A stretch of 41,842 bases of DNA from a plasmid. The stretch is from the sequence record NZ_CP114581.1. The stretch is one strand, 5' to 3'. The position numbers and the translations under genes were made by a program. Below are positions 9,393 to 19,725 of this stretch, piece by piece (the stretch's first letter is position 1; the number at the start of each line of letters is the position of its first letter). Below the pieces are notes generated by a model. That model was given only the letters and a program-made list of their open reading frames with translations, was not told where the DNA came from and did not search any database.

Positions 9393-10424
9393 CTACCCTA
9401 ACAGTCTCGCTAAGTAATCATTTTGATGGACATCTTTAAAATAAATATCACTCGCAAAACGCTTATCATCATCACTAAGGTATTTAATGCTCATGATGAC
9501 ATCGATGTTATTTAACACTTTTCGGACTAATGCATTAAAGGGTAAATTATTACACTCCGTATTTTGATAACACCGTGTCACCATGCCTAAAATGGCATCT
9601 TCTGGTTTTTCTTCATGCACCGTAGTTACACCACCTGAATGCCCTGAACTTGACGCCTTTAAAAAATCCCACGTTTCTGCACCCCGAATTTCTGTCATTA
9701 AAATACGGTCGGGATTCATCCTTAAACATGCACGGAGTAACGATGCTGAGGTGATAAGGTTATTTCCCCCCTCTGACGGATAATAAAGTTTGACGTGATT
9801 TTCATGAAAACGAAAACGGGTTTCGTCAGTATCTTCAATAGAAATTAATCGTAAATGATGTGGAATATAAAACATAACCGCATTACTAAACGTGGTTTTA
9901 CCGCTCCCCGTTCCGCCACAAAACACCATGGTTTTCCCTTGACGTAAACATTCAGGAATAAACGCTGCAAAATTACCCGTGTGGTATAAATCCACTAAAT
10001 CAGATGAAGCATTTTCTGATTTAAATGACTGCCCCACTCGGGAATAAAATCCTGACTTCACAATATCATCATGGGTAATAAACACATTCGAGGGTTTTCG
10101 GATCGTAATAGAGACTTTATCTTTTTCACACGCAGGGGGAATAACCACCTGTACACGTTCACCGTGAGGCAGTGTTGCGGATAAAACAGGCTTAATATCA
10201 CCGATTGAATCACTGTGATAATCCGCTAACGTTGACGCAAAAGAAAGACAATCATCATATGATATTTTCGGTTCGCGTTTCTCCCAACGTCCTTTAACCT
10301 TCAAAAAGAGTTTATTAGGCTCATTTACCGCAATTTCCGTTAATCCCTTAACGCCATTAAGGTATTCAGCAAAAAATTGTTGCGTTAAATCGTGAATGAG
10401 ATGTTGATTGTGATATTCACGCAT
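9393..10424 (-). CDS. virB11: VirB11-family T4SS ATPase
   Basis: 343 aa with Walker A FCGGTGSGKTTF and downstream motifs typical of VirB11/TrbB. Confidence 0.9.
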   Translation of the reverse strand: MREYHNQHLIHDLTQQFFAEYLNGVKGLTEIAVNEPNKLFLKVKGRWEKREPKISYDDCLSFASTLADYHSDSIGDIKPVLSATLPHGERVQVVIPPACEKDKVSITIRKPSNVFITHDDIVKSGFYSRVGQSFKSENASSDLVDLYHTGNFAAFIPECLRQGKTMVFCGGTGSGKTTFSNAVMFYIPHHLRLISIEDTDETRFRFHENHVKLYYPSEGGNNLITSASLLRACLRMNPDRILMTEIRGAETWDFLKASSSGHSGGVTTVHEEKPEDAILGMVTRCYQNTECNNLPFNALVRKVLNNIDVIMSIKYLSDDDKRFASDIYFKDVHQNDYLARLLG

Positions 10425-10426
10425 AA

Positions 10427-11611
10427 CTATTTCATCCTTAATTGGTAAATTGAACTAAAATCTAAATCACTTCCCGTAATCAAGGTGATAATTTCGCCTT
10501 GATTTTTATACAGCGTAGGCGGAATGTTAACGCTGTTCGCAAATGCCTGTTTTGCTATCTCGGAAAAGGCTTGACGACTATTCGCGGTATAATCGGTCTG
10601 ATTATCTTTATTATCTTTTGCCACATTATTTAATCCCTGCATGGCATCGGGGATCATGCCTAGCATCATTGCCCCACCGAAGCGATCCCAAAAATGCGTA
10701 TCAATCCAACCATCAACCCCCGTTTCACCTAATGCGCCCGCAGCTTCGGAATCTACTAATGGAATATCAATAAAAGGCTGTGTACGGGTTCGTAGCTTAG
10801 TTGCCATTAAAAAGACATGCCCTTGCCCCTGATTAGGCACATAAGCCGACTTATAAACCAAATGTGCTACCGTGCCTTTATCTATTAGCTTTACATTGCC
10901 GTTTGCACTGTAAACGTCCTCATAGACGGTACACGTCAATTTACCCGCTAAATCTGAGACAAATCGACGATCTAACGAACACGGAATTGCCGTATTTTCA
11001 GGAATAAACAAATTCGGGTCATAGGGTAAGCGCGTTATTTTGGTTTTACTGCCAACAACCGTTTCAGGCTGCGTCGTTGTTGCGCTCACAGTCTCTACGG
11101 GTGCATTTTGGCTACTACTAGGTGTGCTAGTACTGCTTGAGCGTGTCGAAACCCCTCTGTCCATTCCACGACTGAATTCAATGCGCTTTGGCGGTGGTGG
11201 TGTACTTTCAGCTGGCTCATTGGTATTTGCCGTCGTTAACTCACCTGCATTGTTTAATTCTGCTTGACCAAATGGGTCAACATCATTATTTAGCCCTGTT
11301 AACTTGTCACGGCCACCGGTTGAAATCGTTTCTTGTGGCACTTCTTCCGCTTCATCACTGCTAATAAACGCACGCAATAACGAAGGGAAATAATATAAAG
11401 ACAATGCACCAATTGATAAGACAAAAAAAAGAATAAGCAACACGGTTCCTTTTTTGGATTTTTTTAATTTATCAATCCCAAGTGAAACTTTTTTTGGTTC
11501 TGGCGTTGATTCTTTATTTTCGGAAGATTGGTCAATTTGCAATTGACGTTCTTGTTTAAGTTTTTGCTCAATTTCAACGGCAGTTAATGGCTTTTCAGTA
11601 TCTTCACTCAT
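10427..11611 (-). CDS. virB10: VirB10 T4SS protein
   Basis: 394 aa: N-terminal charged region, a single TM segment, a Pro/Ser/Thr-rich linker and a conserved C-terminal beta-barrel domain. Confidence 0.85.
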   Translation of the reverse strand: MSEDTEKPLTAVEIEQKLKQERQLQIDQSSENKESTPEPKKVSLGIDKLKKSKKGTVLLILFFVLSIGALSLYYFPSLLRAFISSDEAEEVPQETISTGGRDKLTGLNNDVDPFGQAELNNAGELTTANTNEPAESTPPPPKRIEFSRGMDRGVSTRSSSTSTPSSSQNAPVETVSATTTQPETVVGSKTKITRLPYDPNLFIPENTAIPCSLDRRFVSDLAGKLTCTVYEDVYSANGNVKLIDKGTVAHLVYKSAYVPNQGQGHVFLMATKLRTRTQPFIDIPLVDSEAAGALGETGVDGWIDTHFWDRFGGAMMLGMIPDAMQGLNNVAKDNKDNQTDYTANSRQAFSEIAKQAFANSVNIPPTLYKNQGEIITLITGSDLDFSSIYQLRMK

Positions 11612-12525
11612 TGGATCACCTCTTTAACAACATTGTCAGAAACAGTATCACTGTTACTTAAACGCACTTTACCAAGTCCTTTATTTTCAATACCAATAAC
11701 TTGATCCCCTAAACGTAAAATCCAACGGTCATTAACTTGATGTGCGACTAATACCGTATAATTCCCCCGTTTTTCAATTGTTGGGTTTGTGATCGTTTCT
11801 TGCTCCCCAATTTGTGAAAATAAGCTCGGCATTTTTTTATTCGGATTAAATCCAAAATACGTAAATCGACCATCATCATAGGCATAGTCAGGCATAATCA
11901 TTTCACTACCTTTAGCCACTCGTTGATAATATTGCCAATTTTTAGGTGTTTTGGCATTTTCAAGTTCCCGATTGATTTTTGCGGTTTCTTGTTGCCGTTG
12001 GTATTCAGCTAAACGTTGTTGTTCAATTTCATTTTGCTGTTTTCTTTTTTCATCGGGATAACGATAATTCACCACAAAGGCTATTTTTTTTGGCTCTTTA
12101 AATGTTTTCGCATTCAATTCTAAGCTGTAATTTCTTTTTGTAGTCACAACAAATAAATTTGTTTGCCAGCGTGACAAGTCTGTTTCAGGGTCAAGCGCAA
12201 TTTCTTTTTGCTCAACCTTTCCATTGTCCGCCATTTCTTCAACAACTTGTTTTACAGGTAACACACGGATATAAACGCGGTTATCTGCTTTAGAAATATC
12301 CCAACCTTGCTCATAGCCTGTTTGTGCATCAATCACCTTTTCATCATCATCAAACACAACCGTTGTAATATAGCCAATAGCACTATTAATCACGGTCGTA
12401 TTTAACGGATTGAAATTAACAACTTGATTTCGTGGGTCATAGCGACTTGCAGAAGGTAATATTTCCGCAGTACTTTGTTGTGATAAAAAAACAGCCAGTA
12501 ATAACAAAAGACTTTTCTTTTTCAT
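11608..12525 (-). CDS. virB9: VirB9 T4SS protein
   Basis: 305 aa with a signal peptide. It lies between virB8 and virB10, overlaps virB10 by 4 nt, and has composition consistent with the VirB9/CagX family. Confidence 0.8.
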   Translation of the reverse strand: MKKKSLLLLLAVFLSQQSTAEILPSASRYDPRNQVVNFNPLNTTVINSAIGYITTVVFDDDEKVIDAQTGYEQGWDISKADNRVYIRVLPVKQVVEEMADNGKVEQKEIALDPETDLSRWQTNLFVVTTKRNYSLELNAKTFKEPKKIAFVVNYRYPDEKRKQQNEIEQQRLAEYQRQQETAKINRELENAKTPKNWQYYQRVAKGSEMIMPDYAYDDGRFTYFGFNPNKKMPSLFSQIGEQETITNPTIEKRGNYTVLVAHQVNDRWILRLGDQVIGIENKGLGKVRLSNSDTVSDNVVKEVIQ

Positions 12526-12527
12526 TA

Positions 12528-13247
12528 TTAACCTCGAATTTCTTTTTCAGCGACCCAACTGGTTACAACAAAGCCTAATGGATTTGCATTTCGTTCACTT
12601 TCTTTTTTCTCAACGTCAGGCATAAAACGGTAAGTCATTCTCGCTACCCATGTTTCCTCAACACTGCGATTTGTTGTGACATCCTTGATGATTTTTTTAA
12701 AACGAACGGTAGCTAACAAATCAGGATCACCTTTCTGAGACGATGGATTAATAAAAACAGGATAGATAATTTCTATATCAACGGTACGTTGTGCTTTTTT
12801 ATACACAATAGTTGGTCTAGCATCCGTTTTAAAAATAGCGGTATAATCATTAGCGACATTTTCCGCACTCCATAACATCACCATGTCATAATCATGCTGT
12901 AAACGAAAATAGTTATACCCTTCACGCGCTTTAATGTATTGCGTCACAAAATAGCGACCTAACGCTTCATCTTTTGTCAGGTTTTCATCTTTCACACGTG
13001 ACACCTTTTCTGTTTGCCCTGTATTTTTGTCAACTGTCCATATTTCCACTTCCGTATTTTTTAATGGCAGCATCATTATCCAACCAAGTAAACTTAAAAA
13101 AGCAAACGCCAAACCAGAAAGCCCAAAAATCTTATACAACGTATTAATGATTTTTTGTTTTTTAATGTCTTTTTCTTCGAAGGTTTTTGCTAGTTCAATT
13201 TTTTCTTTCTTTTTTAAAAATGGTATTCCCACTTTTTTATTTTTCAT
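12528..13247 (-). CDS. virB8: VirB8 T4SS protein
   Basis: 239 aa, bitopic (one TM after a cytoplasmic N-terminus) with an NTF2-like periplasmic domain. Position is conserved in the operon. Confidence 0.8.
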   Translation of the reverse strand: MKNKKVGIPFLKKKEKIELAKTFEEKDIKKQKIINTLYKIFGLSGLAFAFLSLLGWIMMLPLKNTEVEIWTVDKNTGQTEKVSRVKDENLTKDEALGRYFVTQYIKAREGYNYFRLQHDYDMVMLWSAENVANDYTAIFKTDARPTIVYKKAQRTVDIEIIYPVFINPSSQKGDPDLLATVRFKKIIKDVTTNRSVEETWVARMTYRFMPDVEKKESERNANPLGFVVTSWVAEKEIRG

Positions 13248-13491
13248 ATCTACCTCCCCTTTGAATAAAACTCAAATAATTTTTGGTTTCCACTTCGATA
13301 TAACCTTTATCACAAGAAAGCCGACATGAGGAATCTGTGATTTTCACGTCATATTCTTTATAGATAGTAATAAAATTTTTTATTTTCTCTTTTTCAGAGC
13401 CTGAAACTATAATATTTATTACGACAGATACAAAAAATCCGATGACGAAAAAAATTACAGCGATAATAATGCCACTCATAAATGACTCCAT
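13237..13491 (-). CDS. small membrane protein (84 aa) inside the T4SS operon
   Basis: One TM helix (IIIAVIFFVIGFFVSVVINIIV). Overlaps the virB8 start by 11 nt. Confidence 0.4.
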   Translation of the reverse strand: MESFMSGIIIAVIFFVIGFFVSVVINIIVSGSEKEKIKNFITIYKEYDVKITDSSCRLSCDKGYIEVETKNYLSFIQRGGRYEK

Positions 13492-13541
13492 TTAAAAACT
13501 CACGATTAAATTATTTATAACTAAGGTAAGCCCCTCTTGGT

Positions 13542-13667
13542 TTATTTTTCATTTTTCATCACCTCTGCCGTATTTATGGGTTGCAACTCACCAGTGACTT
13601 TGGGGAGTAATTTATTTGATTGACAGGCAGTTAAAAGAAAAACAACAAGTATTAGATATTTGTTCAT
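13542..13667 (-). CDS. virB7: VirB7-like small lipoprotein (41 aa), not in the ORF track
   Basis: Hand-translated from ATG 13667..13665: MNKYLILVVFLLTACQSNKLLPKVTGELQPINTAEVMKNEK, stop TAA. It has a classic lipobox LLTAC and occupies the VirB7 slot between virB6 and virB8. Confidence 0.5.
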   Translation of the reverse strand: MNKYLILVVFLLTACQSNKLLPKVTGELQPINTAEVMKNEK

Positions 13668-13668
13668 T

Positions 13669-14703
13669 TTATGTTCCATAACGTTTTCTCACATTATCAA
13701 TCGAGGCTTGCCGACGCGATTTTGCCGAGTTAGGCGCAGACGAACCACTATTCCCACTCGCTGAAGCCCCATTCCAGCCCCTATCTCGATTACTTTTACC
13801 CATATTTGACGCGGTATTTCCTGCTTTTCTGATACCTTTAAATGCCATTACAGCAGCTCCTGCAACTCCCATCATTGCCATACCCTGAACTGCACCGTCT
13901 ACACCTACCCCTGCTAGTTGAGTTGCAAAGTTTTTAGCTAAAATCATTACAAATACCATAAATAATCCAGCCGCTGCCGCAGTTGCCCCTAATTGCATGA
14001 GATTAGCTTCCGCAGCTTGAGCCACCGAAACGCTCAAAACAATATTCAAAAACGACATACCCGCCCGTAACGCTAACGAACCAAACATAACAATGAATAA
14101 AGAACTGAAAATCAGTTGTAACCAGTTATTGAACATTTGCCGTAAAAAACCAAACATCAGACACAAAATGAAAATAGGAGCCGTTGTCGTCAGCAGTAAT
14201 AAAGTAATTTCAGCAGCAAAAAATACGAATGAGCAAGTAAGTAAAGCAGCCAACCCTCCAAAATAAGTAAGAAATGAGCCAATTCCCCCATCAACTTTCA
14301 CATACGTTGATGTATCCTTTGACATTATATGTGCAGCAACCTGAGATGTTTTAACCCACAGTTGATCCATCCACTTCCAAGGATCACCACCTGCCAAAGT
14401 GTCGCGCAATCCGTAAATAGCATCGGTGCTGGCACTCAGCCAGCCCCCGCTATTTTTAATAAACATCAAGATGATAGTAAAACGCGCCAAGTTCCAAATA
14501 AAATCAGGCACAGGCGTTTTATTTTTTAAAGCTAGCGTACTGAATGCAAACCATAAAATATAAATTGAAATCCCGTACTGTGCCAAATCCGCAGCAATTT
14601 GAGAGTATTCAGAAACCTTATTTGCCACTGTTTTATTCAGCATATCCCAAATAACTTGATATGCTGTTTGAAAAAAGTCGGATGTAGCTGTCGCGTTTTC
14701 CAT
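13669..14703 (-). CDS. virB6: VirB6 polytopic inner-membrane T4SS protein
   Basis: 344 aa with multiple TM helices and a Gly/Ser/Asn-rich C-terminal tail. Position is conserved. Confidence 0.8.
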   Translation of the reverse strand: MENATATSDFFQTAYQVIWDMLNKTVANKVSEYSQIAADLAQYGISIYILWFAFSTLALKNKTPVPDFIWNLARFTIILMFIKNSGGWLSASTDAIYGLRDTLAGGDPWKWMDQLWVKTSQVAAHIMSKDTSTYVKVDGGIGSFLTYFGGLAALLTCSFVFFAAEITLLLLTTTAPIFILCLMFGFLRQMFNNWLQLIFSSLFIVMFGSLALRAGMSFLNIVLSVSVAQAAEANLMQLGATAAAAGLFMVFVMILAKNFATQLAGVGVDGAVQGMAMMGVAGAAVMAFKGIRKAGNTASNMGKSNRDRGWNGASASGNSGSSAPNSAKSRRQASIDNVRKRYGT

Positions 14704-14710
14704 AATTTAC

Positions 14711-14962
14711 CTATTCTTTGTTTTGTGTTTTCTTATATGCATCCATAAAAGATGGTGATTTTGCTGTTAATTGTTTATGACGGAATAATCCATCTTTTGC
14801 ATTTCGGCAATTTTCACTATCATTTCCGTTGGAAGAACATTCCGTTACTTTTTTCTGTGCTTCATCTGCATGTTCTTGCCACCATTGAACTGATTTCACT
14901 TCTTCACCACATGCCGATAGAAAGAGAATAGATACTGCGCCAATTAATAATTTTGTTTTCAT
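14711..14962 (-). CDS. small lipoprotein, Eex-like entry-exclusion candidate
   Basis: 83 aa with lipobox FLSAC|G. It lies between virB5 and virB6, exactly where eex sits in pKM101-type operons. Confidence 0.45.
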   Translation of the reverse strand: MKTKLLIGAVSILFLSACGEEVKSVQWWQEHADEAQKKVTECSSNGNDSENCRNAKDGLFRHKQLTAKSPSFMDAYKKTQNKE

Positions 14963-15729
14963 TACTGAAATTCCTCATCAAATTGAGACTTATGATAAGC
15001 ATCTAAATATGAAGGTTGACTATCTACTGCTTTTAGCTGCTTATCACGGAAATTAGCTTGATTAAGCTGTTCTTTATATTCAGCTAAATCACGCTGTTTG
15101 TCTCGGTACATTTGATACTGGAACTGTAATTTTTCAAATTTTAATTGTTCAAAAGAAATCGCATTTGCGGCATCAGCCGTCGCTTTAGGGTCTTTCGCAT
15201 TTTGGACTTGCTTTATCAGGCTTTCCATACGGCTATTATCTTGCTCTAATTGCTTTTGCAATGAATCACCGTACTCTGACACAGAAAGAATTGATAAAAA
15301 CTGCGCTTCACACCCTTTAATTGCATCCCCCACATAGCCTTTGTTCGCACAGGTTTTTGAAACGTTATATTTAGATAACAGGGCTTGAGCTTGCTGTGAG
15401 AACGCTTCCGTTGGGTTTTGCGCGTATTTGTCAATAAACGCATTCCCTTGATTGTAAATTGCCGTTAAATCATTTTTGATGGATTGAGCATCTTGAATTA
15501 ATTGCTGAACATCACGGATACCCGTCTTAGCTAACAATTCATCCTGATAGGACTGAATTTGAGCATTATAATGTTTCACTGTATCGGACCATTGCTTCAA
15601 TTTTTCAGACCACCGCCCCGCTTCAATCGCCCATTCAGGGTTAGCGTCAATAGCAACAGGAATACCAGCCGAAGCCATAAATGAAGCCCCAAATACCATA
15701 CTGATCAATGTTAATTTGAATTTGTTCAT
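14962..15729 (-). CDS. virB5: VirB5 minor pilus/adhesin protein
   Basis: 255 aa, signal peptide, helical Gln-rich body. Immediately downstream of virB4. Confidence 0.75.
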   Translation of the reverse strand: MNKFKLTLISMVFGASFMASAGIPVAIDANPEWAIEAGRWSEKLKQWSDTVKHYNAQIQSYQDELLAKTGIRDVQQLIQDAQSIKNDLTAIYNQGNAFIDKYAQNPTEAFSQQAQALLSKYNVSKTCANKGYVGDAIKGCEAQFLSILSVSEYGDSLQKQLEQDNSRMESLIKQVQNAKDPKATADAANAISFEQLKFEKLQFQYQMYRDKQRDLAEYKEQLNQANFRDKQLKAVDSQPSYLDAYHKSQFDEEFQ

Positions 15730-15738
15730 TGTTATCTC

Positions 15739-18510
15739 CTAAGCGGCTTGGTTTGCTCTTTCAAGATAGATATCTATCCACTCATCAGGTTTCATACCGT
15801 CTTGGTAGATTTCATCAAATATTTCTAACTGCTCTGTTGATGCACTCAATATCGGCAAGTAATATGCAGCTTCCCCAAGTTCAAGACTGGCAAATGCCGC
15901 GAAATCTTGAGAGTCGCCTTTTCGTTGTGGGTTTTTAACCACTAAAAAGCGTCTTGAAAGCGGGTCAATTTTTTTGATTTTATTAAAATACAATTCATTA
16001 ACTTGTAGCCCATCAACATATTCACTCTTTTTCGCATTCGGGTTAGCTAAGTAAATATGTGTTGCTAATTGCTCTCTCAGGGCTGAAATCATTGGAGATT
16101 TCAATAACTCATCAGGAGACTGAGTGGCAAAAACAATGACCATATTGAGTTTTCGCCCTGTTTTGAGCTTGTTATAAATCATCATGGCTGTCAGCATGTT
16201 TGCTAACCACTGCCAAAACTCATCAAAATACAGTGTTAAACGACGTCCATCTGCTAATAACGTTATTTTGTAAATCAGATAAAAAGGCACAACCTGAGAT
16301 AAAATGGCATCTTCTAAAAATTCGGTGCCATCAATGCCAAAAATGGTTTTATCGCTGATATCAAAATCATCTGTGGCATTATCAAACACCCAACCAAATT
16401 CACCACCTTGTTTCCATGCAGCTAAACGTATTTTGAGTCCATCTCGTAATGTTTCTTCTGTTCTTTCCTCCATGATAAGTGGGATCAGCTTACTGATACC
16501 GAAAGAGCGATCTTCTCGCTGCATTAATCGTTCTACCGCATCCGAAATCAGTTTATTTTGATATTCGGTTAACCCTTTTTCGCTATTTAACGTACATAAA
16601 TTACGAATTAAATCTTTTAGAAAAATCAGGTTCCGCTTAGTCGCAGGCATAGCAAATGGATTCCAACCTGTTGGTTCACCCAATTTCACTTTATAATAAT
16701 CGCCCCCCATCGCACGAATAGCGACTTCCCCTGCGCGGTCTTTATCAAAAAAGATAGTCGTTTGTTTTTTAACTTTACTATTCGGTGGAAAAGAAGTTTC
16801 AGACCCAAATTGTTGTAAGGCACAGGCTTGCATCATCATTAACACCGTTTTACCCGCATTCGATGTACCTAATATTTCGCTATGCCCTAGCGTCGGGTTT
16901 TTACCAAAAAAATTCTGATATTCGGTCGTCATGTGATAATTCAAATGATAGATATCATTACCAGAACCTTTTAAGGTTAATAAGCAATTACCCCATGTAT
17001 TTCCCGTTTCTTTCCCTGTAAAGAAATTATGGAAACATTCCATTTCAGCGTAATTCAGGCTACTCAAAATCGATAATCGAGGACGCAAAGTATAATTCCC
17101 TGGTAATTGAGAGAAGAACGCAGCTCCCAAAGATAAAGTGGAATAACTCAAAATAAGCCCTAAGTCTTGTAACGCCCCCGTTACCATATTCGTGTTTTTA
17201 ACCAATTCATCAGGACTATCAGCAAAAACACACAGCGTTAAATGGCTATGACCCATCGATAAATAACCACTAGAGACCATATCAACAGCAACCTCTAAAT
17301 CGGTAATTTGAGATTTAGCGGCATCGTCCGTCATTTCTAATTTTTCACGCTGGTCATCGAGTTTTTGAATTGCTTCCCGTTTGTCTAATGGCGTAAAAGA
17401 GGTTGTCAATGTGTATTCAACAGGCATATACATCAACGAATCAAAAATGCCAGATTCTGTATCTTGAAAATAATCTTTGATCTCGATAATGCGGAAATAG
17501 CGCATCGGTTCAGAAATACTAATTTGCCCCGCATCACCACCAAAGAAAATATCTTTACCACCTAAATACGTATAGAACGGGCTATTCGTCACTCTAACTG
17601 GCTGCCACTGTCCACTAAGCAGATATTGATAAAAACTCAATTGAGATGAAAATACACGGTCATTCTCAGTATAAACCCCTAAACGATGTGCTTTGTAACG
17701 AGATAAATAGTTAGTTAATCGAGCACAGATTTCATTCATTTCGTTAATGGGTTCAGCTAAAATCGATTTATCTTTTTGTTTATTTTTCTTTTTAGAACTT
17801 AAAAATTGAGCCACTTTTTCTTCTAATGAAAAAGGCTTAAAACAAACGGTTAAAAATAAACGATTTTGATAAAAATCAGATTTTGTTAATGAACCGTAGT
17901 AAGCATTCATCACGCGATTAGCAAAAGGAATAGGACTATTAAACTCAGCTTTAACCTGTTTTTTATTTCTAATACGATGTGTATAGAAAGTTACGGGTTT
18001 GCCTTCATAACTTCGTATGAGTGTATTAAACTGATCAACCATTAATGACAAATCATTTTCACTGACACATTCAAAGTAAGCCCCCGATAATTCAAATGTA
18101 GCAATTAAATCTCTATTCTGGCTTAAAACTAAATCATCCGTAATATGAGAAGAGTATGGAATGAGTTTTTCCAATGAAGCCTGATCACTAAGTTTCATAA
18201 AATTCTCCACATCGGATAAATCAACACGGTCATAATCATTCCCACCTACATGAACAGCATGATATTTTTGATTTGAAACAGGATTTCCCATCACTAAATA
18301 ACGAAGATAAATTAATTCAAAATACCGTTCATCAATCTTCATTATTTTTCGAATAACAAATATCCCGACAATAATTAAAAAATAAAGTGCTTCATGTATC
18401 CAAACGCCAAGTAACACACACAAAACACAAGTAAATAAAAACGGGTATAATGGGACGCCTAACCCGCGAATAAGTGCGGGGCGTGTTAGTCCCTTAAAAA
18501 CAGTGCTCAT
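15739..18510 (-). CDS. virB4: fused VirB3-VirB4 T4SS ATPase
   Basis: 923 aa. The first ~90 aa carry two TM helices in a VirB3-like pattern (LIRGLGVPLYPFLFTCVLCVLLGVWIHE). The VirB4 body has Walker A GTSNAGKTVL. No separate virB3 ORF lies between virB2 and virB4. Confidence 0.9.
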   Translation of the reverse strand: MSTVFKGLTRPALIRGLGVPLYPFLFTCVLCVLLGVWIHEALYFLIIVGIFVIRKIMKIDERYFELIYLRYLVMGNPVSNQKYHAVHVGGNDYDRVDLSDVENFMKLSDQASLEKLIPYSSHITDDLVLSQNRDLIATFELSGAYFECVSENDLSLMVDQFNTLIRSYEGKPVTFYTHRIRNKKQVKAEFNSPIPFANRVMNAYYGSLTKSDFYQNRLFLTVCFKPFSLEEKVAQFLSSKKKNKQKDKSILAEPINEMNEICARLTNYLSRYKAHRLGVYTENDRVFSSQLSFYQYLLSGQWQPVRVTNSPFYTYLGGKDIFFGGDAGQISISEPMRYFRIIEIKDYFQDTESGIFDSLMYMPVEYTLTTSFTPLDKREAIQKLDDQREKLEMTDDAAKSQITDLEVAVDMVSSGYLSMGHSHLTLCVFADSPDELVKNTNMVTGALQDLGLILSYSTLSLGAAFFSQLPGNYTLRPRLSILSSLNYAEMECFHNFFTGKETGNTWGNCLLTLKGSGNDIYHLNYHMTTEYQNFFGKNPTLGHSEILGTSNAGKTVLMMMQACALQQFGSETSFPPNSKVKKQTTIFFDKDRAGEVAIRAMGGDYYKVKLGEPTGWNPFAMPATKRNLIFLKDLIRNLCTLNSEKGLTEYQNKLISDAVERLMQREDRSFGISKLIPLIMEERTEETLRDGLKIRLAAWKQGGEFGWVFDNATDDFDISDKTIFGIDGTEFLEDAILSQVVPFYLIYKITLLADGRRLTLYFDEFWQWLANMLTAMMIYNKLKTGRKLNMVIVFATQSPDELLKSPMISALREQLATHIYLANPNAKKSEYVDGLQVNELYFNKIKKIDPLSRRFLVVKNPQRKGDSQDFAAFASLELGEAAYYLPILSASTEQLEIFDEIYQDGMKPDEWIDIYLERANQAA

Positions 18511-18570
18511 AACAGCCCCTTGATAGAGAGGTTAAACGTATAGTTAATTTAAATACGATAAATATTTAAA

Positions 18571-18858
18571 TTAACCCAACCAATCAGGCAGATATGGCGC
18601 AATGATAAAGATAATAATCCCGATAATCAGTGGATATATCCAAGCCATATGATTACGTGCAAATAATGCAATAAAACCAATACCTAGAGCACAAATAGTG
18701 ATAGCTGGCTTTCTAATTGTCGTTAAAAAATCAATGATCCTATCTAAGAATCCTGTTGTCGCTGTAGTTACATCAGCAGCTTGAGCAGGAAAAGTAAAAG
18801 CAATCAATGACATTAATCCGCACATTAATAGAAATGGCAATTTTTGTGATGTTTTCAT
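18571..18858 (-). CDS. virB2: VirB2/TrbC-type pilin
   Basis: 95 aa with a signal peptide ending AQA, then two hydrophobic helices. Confidence 0.7.
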   Translation of the reverse strand: MKTSQKLPFLLMCGLMSLIAFTFPAQAADVTTATTGFLDRIIDFLTTIRKPAITICALGIGFIALFARNHMAWIYPLIIGIIIFIIAPYLPDWLG

Positions 18859-18867
18859 ATTAAATCC

Positions 18868-19482
18868 CTAATTTTCTTTGACTACACCCCTCATTACATA
18901 ACGAGGATAAACAATTTTGTTTGATGGTTTTAATTTCTCAATAACAACGTCTGATTCAGCTTTCGCCACCTCCTGATTTTCTTCCTTATAATTTTTTGTA
19001 CTTGGAACAATATAATTATTTTTATTATCTGAAATTCCTATTCGTTCTATATAACTGGTGTTGGCAAACTGCGTTTCTTTCTTTTTTCCTGTTTTAAAAT
19101 TGCCTGAGTAATAACAACTCAGCGCATTGGCTAGACTCCCTCCCCTTTGATAACAATCAACTAAAATTTTTTCAAAGATATTCAAGTTACGGCAGCTATC
19201 AAGTAATTCTTCTGGTGTAACTTCAAAACCCTTAAAATTACCAGAATAAATTTGCATTAATCCTACCGAGTACCGAGCATTACTCGTCTTTAATCTTGAA
19301 ATAATATTTAAGGCTTCATTTTTAGTTTTGGGTAAATGGCTAATGACTTTACCTTTAGCTTTTATTTCAGCAATTGCGTAAGGATTGAATCCACTTTCAA
19401 CCTTAGCAATATCATGAGCAGTATCAGGGTGCACTAACGGTGCACATTGCAATGCTAATGAAAGTAAAGTTTCTTTGATCAT
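18868..19482 (-). CDS. virB1: VirB1-like lytic transglycosylase
   Basis: 204 aa with SLT-domain catalytic motif AKVESGFNPYAI. First structural gene of the operon. Confidence 0.85.
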   Translation of the reverse strand: MIKETLLSLALQCAPLVHPDTAHDIAKVESGFNPYAIAEIKAKGKVISHLPKTKNEALNIISRLKTSNARYSVGLMQIYSGNFKGFEVTPEELLDSCRNLNIFEKILVDCYQRGGSLANALSCYYSGNFKTGKKKETQFANTSYIERIGISDNKNNYIVPSTKNYKEENQEVAKAESDVVIEKLKPSNKIVYPRYVMRGVVKEN

Positions 19483-19661
19483 AAAATATCGTTATCCAAA
19501 TTAAGCGGTTGTCTTTTAGACAAATCTTTTGTGCGCGCTTCTTCAATAAGATGTAAAAGAAAATTACGTTTAGAACGATTCTGATCTTTTGATTTAAAAT
19601 TAATCCATGCATTTAAATCATCAGGCACAGCTAACGTAATATGTGTTTTTGAATTTTTCAT
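19479..19661 (-). CDS. ribbon-helix-helix (CopG/Arc-like) regulator, first gene of the T4SS operon
   Basis: 60 aa with an RHH pattern (THITLAVPDDLNAWINFKSKDQNRSKRNFLLHLIEEA). Overlaps the virB1 start by 4 nt. Confidence 0.55.
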   Translation of the reverse strand: MKNSKTHITLAVPDDLNAWINFKSKDQNRSKRNFLLHLIEEARTKDLSKRQPLNLDNDIL

Positions 19662-19725
19662 TTATAATTTCCAATCAGTAATATCAATCACAATCAAATC
19701 ATGATTTGCATCTTAAGTTAAATTA

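Noticed and set aside
8912-16561. Short plus-strand ORFs embedded in virD4, virB11, virB10, virB8, virB6, virB5 and virB4 (e.g. 8912..9097, 9583..9783, 10543..10832, 11040..11267, 13027..13329, 14329..14529, 15246..15443, 16304..16561, 16785..17021).
   Set aside because: All are antisense or nested within strongly supported T4SS genes and lack translation signals.
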